Of a stretch of DNA of 32,000 bases, positions 16,918 to 23,923 are shown in pieces (position 1 is the first letter of the stretch; each line of letters starts with the position of its first letter). The stretch lies in NCBI RefSeq assembly GCF_011100465.1, contig NZ_CP049740.1, positions 467,857 through 499,856 of the forward strand, in the 5' to 3' direction. This DNA is from Jeotgalibaca arthritidis (lineage in GTDB: Bacteria; Bacillota; Bacilli; Lactobacillales; Aerococcaceae). A program made the translations under genes and the position numbers. The notes below the pieces were generated by a model, which worked only from the letters and a program-made list of their open reading frames with translations, searched no databases and was not told the DNA's origin.

Positions 16918-17301
16918 TTAATTAGATCCACTCCCGGATTCACTGGCGGTTGTATCCGATCCTGTAATATTGAATGTTTCTTTTCCAGTTGTTTCATCTG
17001 TTTCTATAGTAACTGTATATACTTTTGTCATTTTTTTATCTTCAAGGAATCCCTTCTCTTTTAGTGTAGTTGACGTCACTTCATCACCATGATTCTCAGT
17101 TTGTAAAAAATATAGTTGAGCAGCATCTAAAACTATTGATTCTTGATTTTTTTCAGTTGCCAGTTCTGCATTATCAATAATCTTCCCAACTCCCGGAACA
17201 GCAATAGCCAAGATAATTGCTAAAATAACAATAACCGCTAAAAGCTCTACCAATGTAAAGCCTTCTTCTTTGTTTAACAACTGTTTGATTCTGTTTCTCA
17301 T
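16918..17301 (-). CDS. Type IV (pseudo)pilin with a class III signal peptide; the only canonical pilin in the cluster
   Basis: MRNRIKQLLNKEEG|FTLVELLAVIVILAIILAIAVPG shows a prepilin cleavage and methylation motif (G/FTLVE, Glu at +5) followed by a hydrophobic helix. The protein is 127 aa. Confidence 0.88.
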   Translation of the reverse strand: MRNRIKQLLNKEEGFTLVELLAVIVILAIILAIAVPGVGKIIDNAELATEKNQESIVLDAAQLYFLQTENHGDEVTSTTLKEKGFLEDKKMTKVYTVTIETDETTGKETFNITGSDTTASESGSGSN

Positions 17302-17400
17302 TTCTTTTCCCTACCTTTTTTTATTTTTTTTAGATATATTAACTTTGCCAATCACTCACCATGACTGACAAATTTTATCTACACATTTAAGGACTTGCTA

Positions 17401-18603
17401 TTAAATCCCTTCCATCATGCCAAACATCGGCACCACAATGGAGAGCACAATCACACCTACGATAGCCGATAAAAAAATAATTAATACTGGCTCAATAAGA
17501 GATTGTAGTTTTTCAGATGCTTCTTCTACTTCCCGATCATAAATATCAGAGGTCTTTTTCAGCATTTCATCCAGCGAACCACTTGCCTCTCCAACTTGAA
17601 TCATTTGAACAATCAAATGGGGAAAGAACCAGTGATTTTCCATAGGCTTAGCAAGTGACTCCCCTTGCTCGACATCCTTTTTGGCACGTTCTAACACATC
17701 CTGTACGATCCGATTTCCGACTACTTCACTCGTCGCATCTAGTGACTGTAAAATGGGGACAGAACTATTGATTAAAGAACTGAGTGTTTGGGTCATGCGA
17801 GCAAGAATGGTCTTTTGAACAAACATCCCGATAATGGGAATCTTCAACTGTATGTAATCAAAATAATAGGCTGTTTTTTCATGTTTACTGAGGTAACTTA
17901 ATACTAGTATAAGGGTTGAAATAGCTATCAAAACCAACGCCCAGTAACGTTGAAACCATTCGCTTAATGAAAGAACAATCTGGGTGATGACAGGTAATTC
18001 CTGACCCATTGATGTAAACATATCACCAAAGATAGGAACAATAAATACCATTAAGAATGCCGTAATAAGTAATGCTAACACACCCACTACCGTTGGATAA
18101 GTCATTGCTGTGGATACCTTTTGCTTAATCCGATACTGTTTTTCGTAATAAGTCGCCATTTGATTGAGCACATCTTCCAATTGCCCACTCACTTCAGCAG
18201 ATTGAAGCATATGAATGAGTAAGTCGGGAAATAGTTTGGGATGTTTTTTCATCGCTTCTGAAAGCGACACCCCTTCCTTTACATCTACCGATACATCTTC
18301 CAAAACTTGTTTTAGCAACATATTTGTGGACTGATCCGCTAATAAATCAATTGCATCTACTAGTAGAATTCCCGCACTAATAAGAGAAGAGAACTGACGT
18401 AGAAAGACGATAAAATCCTTTGCCTTCAAACGTGACCGAAAATTGATTTCTGTATTTAATAAGGTGTTCAATGGCTCCACTTCAAAAACAATTAAATCCA
18501 TTACGCGCAAATCTTCCAAGGCTTCTTTCTTACTGATACTATCAATTTTCCCTCGCATCAACTTACCATCTTTTGTTTTAGCCTTATAAGCAAATACTGC
18601 CAC
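17401..18603 (-). CDS. pilC: Type IV pilus platform protein PilC (GspF/T2SS-F family)
   Basis: 400 aa with the duplicated T2SS-F domain architecture and three TM segments. GTG start lies 9 nt after GAAGGGA. Confidence 0.88.
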   Translation of the reverse strand: MAVFAYKAKTKDGKLMRGKIDSISKKEALEDLRVMDLIVFEVEPLNTLLNTEINFRSRLKAKDFIVFLRQFSSLISAGILLVDAIDLLADQSTNMLLKQVLEDVSVDVKEGVSLSEAMKKHPKLFPDLLIHMLQSAEVSGQLEDVLNQMATYYEKQYRIKQKVSTAMTYPTVVGVLALLITAFLMVFIVPIFGDMFTSMGQELPVITQIVLSLSEWFQRYWALVLIAISTLILVLSYLSKHEKTAYYFDYIQLKIPIIGMFVQKTILARMTQTLSSLINSSVPILQSLDATSEVVGNRIVQDVLERAKKDVEQGESLAKPMENHWFFPHLIVQMIQVGEASGSLDEMLKKTSDIYDREVEEASEKLQSLIEPVLIIFLSAIVGVIVLSIVVPMFGMMEGI

Positions 18604-18624
18604 GAATCGTCATCCCTTCTTAGA

Positions 18625-19638
18625 CTAGTCAATATAGTGACGGCTAATGCGCTCTTCTTTTACTAGTCGACTAATACTCATATTCATCGAATGCATACCA
18701 TGTCCTGCAGAGGTTTGTAACACATTTTGAATCTGATGCATCTTCTCCGTTCGGATCAAATTTTTAACGGCGCTATTGTTAATTAGCATCTCTGTTACAG
18801 CAGTTCGACCCTTGCCATCTAGCGTTGGGATTAATCGTTGTGACAAAATACCAATTAAAACATTTGCTAGCATCATCCTAATTTGATCCCTTTGTTCGGC
18901 TGGGAACACATCAATCATCCGTTCGATACTGCTTGCCGCATCAGATGTATGTAGCGTTCCTAAAACAAGGTGCCCTGTCTCCGAAGCTGTAATTGCAGTG
19001 GAAATGGTATCCAAATCGCGAAGTTCTCCTAACAAAATAACATCGGGATCTTGTCTTAAACTGGCTCTTAAGCCATTTTTAAATGACAACGTATCAAAAC
19101 CAACCTCTCTTTGTACAACAATTGACTGCTTATGATTATGTAAGTATTCAATCGGATCTTCTAACGTAATGATGTGTCGCGTCATCGTCTGATTCATATA
19201 ATCGATCAGAGCAGCTAGTGTCGTTGTCTTCCCACTTCCTGTAGGTCCTGTTACTAGAAATAAACCATGTGGCTTCTCAACTAGTTTTTTTATTACATCA
19301 GGAATGCCTAAGGTTTCAATTGATGGTATATCGGTCGCAATGATTCGAAATGCCAATGACAACGAATTTCTTTGATAAAAGGTATTTACCCTAAAGCGTG
19401 AAACACCATTAATGCCATAAGAAAAATCCAATTCGCGTTTATCTTCTAGAACTTCCCACATTTCAGATGTGATGATTTCTTGGGTGAAAGAACGCGTCAT
19501 ATTGTACGTTAGCTTTTCATCCTTTTGAGGAATTAACATTCCATTTATTCGATAAACTGGCGGCGAACCCGTCGTTAAATGCACATCTGAAGCCGATTTA
19601 TAAAAAGCATCTGTCAGTATCTCATCTAATGACCTCAT
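18625..19638 (-). CDS. pilT: Type IV pilus retraction ATPase PilT
   Basis: 337 aa, which is PilT size with no N-terminal extension. Walker A reads GPTGSGKTTT. The Asp box and Walker B read ITLEDPIEY...DPDVILLGELRD. The His box reads TGHLVLGTLHT. Confidence 0.88.
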   Translation of the reverse strand: MRSLDEILTDAFYKSASDVHLTTGSPPVYRINGMLIPQKDEKLTYNMTRSFTQEIITSEMWEVLEDKRELDFSYGINGVSRFRVNTFYQRNSLSLAFRIIATDIPSIETLGIPDVIKKLVEKPHGLFLVTGPTGSGKTTTLAALIDYMNQTMTRHIITLEDPIEYLHNHKQSIVVQREVGFDTLSFKNGLRASLRQDPDVILLGELRDLDTISTAITASETGHLVLGTLHTSDAASSIERMIDVFPAEQRDQIRMMLANVLIGILSQRLIPTLDGKGRTAVTEMLINNSAVKNLIRTEKMHQIQNVLQTSAGHGMHSMNMSISRLVKEERISRHYID

Positions 19639-19648
19639 TTTCTAACCT

Positions 19649-21274
19649 CTAATCCCCCGCCGATGCAACTCTTAGAACTTCTTCCAAGCTAGTCTTTCCG
19701 GCTTTTACTTTTATTAATCCGTCATCCAACAGGAAGTTAACACCTTTATCTCTTAAGTGTTGCTTCAATTCTTGGATACTAGCACGATTCATCATTAAAG
19801 ATTTTAGGTCCTCAGTCATGACAATCAGCTCGTGAATAGCCATTCTGCCTCGGTAACCTGTATGTTGGCAAGCATCACAACCTTTACCAATTGTCAGCTC
19901 TTCGATGGTTTGACCATGACGTTCAAAAATTTCCTTTTCGGTTAAACTCGCCTTACGTTTATAGGCACAGTCTTTACAAATGGTTTTCACCAATCGTTGA
20001 GCAACAACACCGCTCAAGGCAGACACAATCAGATAGGATTCAATTCCCATATCGAGTAACCGCGGTACAGCTTCAATCGCACTATTCGTGTGGAGCGTAC
20101 TAAATACCAAGTGACCGGTTAGAGCAGCTCGAACGCTATTTTCAGCTGTTTCGCGGTCTCGTATTTCACCAACCATAATGATATTAGGGTCTTGACGTAA
20201 AACAGATCGTAATCCCGCAGCAAAAGTTAAACCAATTGAATTATTTACTTGTACTTGATTAATTCCTTCAAGCTGGTATTCCACAGGATCTTCGATGGTA
20301 ATAATATTGCTTTCAGCATGATTTAATTCGTTAATAGATCCATATAAGGTTGATGTCTTACCTGAACCCGTTGGACCAGTCAACAAAATCAATCCCGATG
20401 GTTGCTTTATTAGAGCCTTGTAACTAGCTAAAATATCTTTTTCTAAACCGATGTCGTCAACCTTCTTAAAGATATTTGACATATCCAGTATCCGAATAAC
20501 CACCTTTTCTCCATAAACAGTCGGTAAAGTAGATACCCTCAAATTAATTTTCTTACCTAGAACGGTGGTATTGATACGGCCATCTTGGGGTAACCGTGTT
20601 TCAGTCACATTCAGCCCCGCCATAATTTTAATGCGTGCGACTAGTGAATTCATCAGCAATTTTGGTAAGGGTCTCTCGCTTCTCAACAAGCCATCAATTC
20701 TATACCTCACCATGACTTTATGCTCCGTTTGATCAAGATGAATATCAGATGCTCTCAGTGAGACACCTGTTTCAAGCAACTGGTTAAAGACTTTTACAGC
20801 TGGTGCATCTTCTCCTTCTACATATTCAACGGATACTTCCTCTGAATCGTAAAGGCGGTTAATGGTTTGTAGCAAGTCATCGCGGGTTGCGATAACGGGT
20901 TTAACAACATGACCGGTTGAAAACTCAATTTCTTCAATGGCATAAAAATCAAGCGGATCATTCATCGCAACAATGAGATTCGATTGTTCCTTACGAATGG
21001 GCAATAAGAGTTTGCTTCTTGCAAAATCTTTTTTTATTAATTCAGTTAGAGACACATCGATTGGATACTGATATAACGAAACGCTTTCAAGTTTCAGTTG
21101 AATTTCTAAAACATCAAGGAGTTGTTTCTCAGTAATATAACCTTGCTCAACGAGAGCATCACCCAATTTTTGTTGGGATTTTTTATGATTCAAAGCTTCC
21201 ATAATTTGAATTTCGGTTACAAGGCTTGCTTCTTTCAGCAAGTCGCCCAGTTTTTTCTTCTCACGGTTCGACAA
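19649..21274 (-). CDS. pilB: Type IV pilus extension ATPase PilB (GspE family) with an MshEN-like N-terminus
   Basis: Walker A reads GPTGSGKTST. Other motifs are ITIEDPVEY, DPNIIMVGEIRD and TGHLVFSTLHT, plus a tetracysteine motif (CKDC...CDAC). I prefer the TTG at 21274 (MSNREKKKLGD), 7 nt after AAGGAGAG, over the track TTG at 21298. Confidence 0.9.
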   Translation of the reverse strand: MSNREKKKLGDLLKEASLVTEIQIMEALNHKKSQQKLGDALVEQGYITEKQLLDVLEIQLKLESVSLYQYPIDVSLTELIKKDFARSKLLLPIRKEQSNLIVAMNDPLDFYAIEEIEFSTGHVVKPVIATRDDLLQTINRLYDSEEVSVEYVEGEDAPAVKVFNQLLETGVSLRASDIHLDQTEHKVMVRYRIDGLLRSERPLPKLLMNSLVARIKIMAGLNVTETRLPQDGRINTTVLGKKINLRVSTLPTVYGEKVVIRILDMSNIFKKVDDIGLEKDILASYKALIKQPSGLILLTGPTGSGKTSTLYGSINELNHAESNIITIEDPVEYQLEGINQVQVNNSIGLTFAAGLRSVLRQDPNIIMVGEIRDRETAENSVRAALTGHLVFSTLHTNSAIEAVPRLLDMGIESYLIVSALSGVVAQRLVKTICKDCAYKRKASLTEKEIFERHGQTIEELTIGKGCDACQHTGYRGRMAIHELIVMTEDLKSLMMNRASIQELKQHLRDKGVNFLLDDGLIKVKAGKTSLEEVLRVASAGD

Positions 21275-21278
21275 ATTC

Positions 21279-21668
21279 TCACTCTCCTTGTGTTTCAATG
21301 ATAGGCCCTGATTCGATGAGATCCTCGAGGGTTGGTGATACTGATTCTCCCGAAGCCATTAGAAAACCTGATGTATCAATCTCCTTATTAAATTCAATAG
21401 TCCCTTGACCGTTTAATTTTATCGTTTTTGCAACGATTGTACCATGAATAGAATAGTGAGAGCTCAATTTAACCTCGGCATATGGTGCAATCATCACCAT
21501 TTCAGAAGGTCCGTTGAAGTTTCCGCCAGAATATGAGACTTGACTGCTATCTGTTAAGAAAACACCATTGATAATACCTAAGTTATTAATCGTTACCTCT
21601 TTTACTAACGTCATACCAGACTCATTGTTTAAATATGATCTATCATTTTCTTTATCATGTTGTTTCAT
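21279..21668 (-). CDS. Hypothetical 129-aa protein, first gene of the pilus operon; no TM segment or signal peptide
   Basis: SD GAGGA lies 6 nt before the ATG. Its stop codon TGA lies inside the SD-to-start spacer of pilB, which implies translational coupling. The sequence looks beta-rich with periodic G/I/V (GIINGVFL..., IHGTIVAKTIKLNGQGTIEF). I recognise no family with confidence. Confidence 0.5.
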   Translation of the reverse strand: MKQHDKENDRSYLNNESGMTLVKEVTINNLGIINGVFLTDSSQVSYSGGNFNGPSEMVMIAPYAEVKLSSHYSIHGTIVAKTIKLNGQGTIEFNKEIDTSGFLMASGESVSPTLEDLIESGPIIETQGE

Positions 21669-21760
21669 GTTTTTTCCTCGTATAAAGAATAATTTTAATA
21701 TTAGAAAATGATTATTGTTGTGATTATTGAACCAATTTATTAAAATTGTATTAACTTAAA

Positions 21761-21789
21761 GTATACGGTTTCAGAAGGTTACTGTCAAT
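21761..21789 (-). promoter_or_regulatory. Strong sigma-A promoter of the pilus operon (TTGACA-17 nt-TATACT)
   Basis: On the minus strand, a perfect -35 TTGACA is at 21789-21784 and -10 TATACT at 21766-21761, with a 17-nt spacer. It sits about 90 nt upstream of the orf129 ATG in an AT-rich intergenic region. Confidence 0.7.
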
Positions 21790-21920
21790 ACCTTTTGTTT
21801 ATAAAAAATATAACATAATATATTAGATTGTTTTTATACAAAATCATGAAGGTAAACGCATTTATAATCTGAAATAGAATTAACATTTGTTTGTGGCTAA
21901 TAAACCTATTTATCTGCTTA

Positions 21921-21963
21921 AAAAAGACAATAAAAGCAGGGCTGAAATTGAATGATAGCCCTA
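21921..21963 (-). terminator. Putative terminator of the diguanylate cyclase gene
   Basis: Stem AGGGCT/AGCCCT (21939-21944 and 21958-21963) with a 13-nt loop. On the minus strand it is followed by GCTTTTATTGTCTTTTTT. Confidence 0.5.
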
Positions 21964-22013
21964 CTTACTTAACAATTTATTGACAACAGATCTGTTAGTT
22001 TATAAATTTCTGA

Positions 22014-23075
22014 TTATGCGATCTCCTCACCCACATATAATTGGTTTCTACCATTTTTCTTAGCATGATACATACTCTCATCAGCACGTATCCATGATCG
22101 ATTTAAACTTTCATGAGGTCGAACATGAACGAGCCCCACCGATACTGTAATAGAGACTGTAATATCTGGGTTTATAGGAATCGGCCTATTAACAACGTTA
22201 TCCATAATATCTGCCATAACCAATTCAGCTTCGTGAAAGGACTTATCGGTTATAATTACACCAAATTCTTCTCCACCAATCCGATAAATACTCGTTTTAG
22301 AGGTTGAATAGGCATTGAATACTTGTGCGATCCCCCATAGTATTTTATCGCCAGCATCATGGCCATACTCGTCGTTATAGCTTTTAAACCAATCAATATC
22401 CAAAACAGCTATGCTAATTGGTGTTTCACGGTTTTTTTCCAAGTCCGTTAAACGTTCTCTAAATTTTCTAACATTTAAAAGTCTTGTGAGATAATCAAAA
22501 TCTGTTCGCTCCCTCATTAATCTCAAATCTCTCATAAGCAGATAGACTACACTAACCGTAATATAAGTCGGAACTAATACTATTAGATAAAAGAAAAAGG
22601 CATCCTTTATATCTTCCACTGTATGAAGGATGCTGATTATTTCTATTAAAGCATTATACGAAACTAAAATAATGAGCTGCAAGAATTCGTTTATGTTCTT
22701 TCTTTCCATTATTTTAATTAACTGGTACATCATGAAGGTGACAAGAAAAATCATAAAAAGGTGACTAAGTGGTTGTGTCACATCTTGAAAAAAGAATCCA
22801 TAGACTGATAATAGCAACATAGTGGGTAATGTGATCTTCCAGCCCAGATACATCATTGAAAAAGAATATAAAATATAGCGGAAATCAATCTCGACACCCA
22901 TAAAAAGAAAAGAAATTTCCAACAAGATTATTCCTAATAGGGTTTCAATTAAAACAAAAATAACCTGTTGTTTGTTAGAATAATTGGCATCTCTAGAAGA
23001 GCGATTAAAAATCCGATAATACAAATAAAAAGGCGTAACCAATACGGCAATATTGGCTATACTAATTGCAAGCAT
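22014..23075 (-). CDS. Membrane-anchored diguanylate cyclase (N-terminal multi-TM sensor domain plus GGDEF domain)
   Basis: 353 aa with about 6 predicted TM helices. The GGDEF domain has an intact active site RIGGEEFGVI, the metal/substrate motif DIDWFKSYNDEYGHDAGD, and the C-terminal motif YHAKKNGRNQ. No RxxD I-site is seen 5 residues upstream of GGEEF. Confidence 0.88.
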   Translation of the reverse strand: MLAISIANIAVLVTPFYLYYRIFNRSSRDANYSNKQQVIFVLIETLLGIILLEISFLFMGVEIDFRYILYSFSMMYLGWKITLPTMLLLSVYGFFFQDVTQPLSHLFMIFLVTFMMYQLIKIMERKNINEFLQLIILVSYNALIEIISILHTVEDIKDAFFFYLIVLVPTYITVSVVYLLMRDLRLMRERTDFDYLTRLLNVRKFRERLTDLEKNRETPISIAVLDIDWFKSYNDEYGHDAGDKILWGIAQVFNAYSTSKTSIYRIGGEEFGVIITDKSFHEAELVMADIMDNVVNRPIPINPDITVSITVSVGLVHVRPHESLNRSWIRADESMYHAKKNGRNQLYVGEEIA

Positions 23076-23268
23076 AACAATCTCCTTTAATAGTAATTAT
23101 TTACGAGTGACATTATTAAAATTCACTACATAGTTAAGCACTTTTGTTTAAAAAAATCAATACGCTTTCTTTATTTAAGATTTCCAATAATTGTATATCC
23201 TCGTGCTATAACTGATTAAGTAGATCATTTAAAGCTTTTATCATTGTTTAAATGTGTCTAGTTTTCGA

Positions 23269-23790
23269 CTAAGTAGTTATCCTTTTCACCAAAATATAAT
23301 CCACTTGCTCATCATCCCCCATAAAAAACGAATGTGCTCCTCTTCGCTCAAATCCCATTTTTTCGTAAAAGGCTTGAGCCGGATAGTTATGTTCCCAGAC
23401 TCCTAGCCATATTTCATCTTTGCCATATTTTTTGGCTAAAACCTCAGCATGTTGAATGATTTTTTTGCCGTACCCCTTACCTTTGAAAGCTGGTTTAATA
23501 TAAATTCGTTCCACTTCCAGCGCATGTAAGTTATCACTCTCGCTTTGGGCTTCATTCATATTCAACTTACAATAACCTGCTAGCTCGTCATGTTCATATA
23601 GAAGGTAAAAATACGAGTCTGGCGTTTGAATTTCATTTTTCAATTTTTCTAAGTTGTAGGCAGCCTCTAAATAAGCGGTCATGTTCTCTTCAGAATTGTG
23701 TTCATCAAAGGTATCTTTGAATGTTTCGATACTAATTGCTTGTAATAAATCTAATTCATTTAATGTACATTGCTTTAATGTTATAGCCAT
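23269..23790 (-). CDS. GNAT family N-acetyltransferase
   Basis: 173 aa with the acetyl-CoA binding motif IYIKPAFKGKGYGKKII (Q/RxxGxG/A pattern) and a C-terminal AQAFYEKMGF. Confidence 0.85.
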   Translation of the reverse strand: MAITLKQCTLNELDLLQAISIETFKDTFDEHNSEENMTAYLEAAYNLEKLKNEIQTPDSYFYLLYEHDELAGYCKLNMNEAQSESDNLHALEVERIYIKPAFKGKGYGKKIIQHAEVLAKKYGKDEIWLGVWEHNYPAQAFYEKMGFERRGAHSFFMGDDEQVDYILVKRITT

Positions 23791-23860
23791 AAGAGTCCCT
23801 CACTTTTGTTTGATACTATTTAAAATAATCATTTTATCAATTTTTTTCAATATAAAAGCC

Positions 23861-23900
23861 GTGGATCAAAAAAATAAAAATGCCCATTTTTTTGATTCAC
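23861..23900 (-). terminator. Putative AT-rich terminator hairpin after the ABC exporter operon
   Basis: 14-bp inverted repeat GTGGATCAAAAAAA / TTTTTTTGATTCAC (one mismatch) with a 12-nt loop, 24 nt downstream of the stop at 23924. Confidence 0.5.
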
Positions 23901-23923
23901 GACTATTCTCTCTCATTTAGACT

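Noticed and set aside
21274-21298. A 20-nt overlap between orf129 and pilB, implied by the track coordinates, as a programmed overlap.
   Set aside because: The track start (TTG at 21298) would translate the sequence AAGGAGAG. Using that as the SD with the TTG at 21274 gives standard 7-nt spacing and removes the overlap. The orf129 stop then falls between SD and start, which is ordinary translational coupling.
21669-21760. A possible c-di-GMP riboswitch in the pilus operon leader, as occurs upstream of Clostridioides difficile pilA1.
   Set aside because: The leader of about 90 nt between the predicted -10 and the orf129 SD is extremely AT-rich. It has no GC-rich helices and none of the conserved GEMM-I (GCAAA...GGGACGCAAAGCC) or c-di-GMP-II (ACGCAC...) strings. 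Any c-di-GMP input is more likely protein-level, via the PilB N-domain.
13720-23268. The pilus and GGDEF region as a horizontally acquired island or mobile element.
   Set aside because: No integrase, transposase, IS ends, flanking direct repeats or tRNA attachment site are visible. I could not compute composition, and by eye the coding GC content looks like that of the neighbours. The only scar nearby is the AKR remnant at 12928-13090, which is insufficient evidence.
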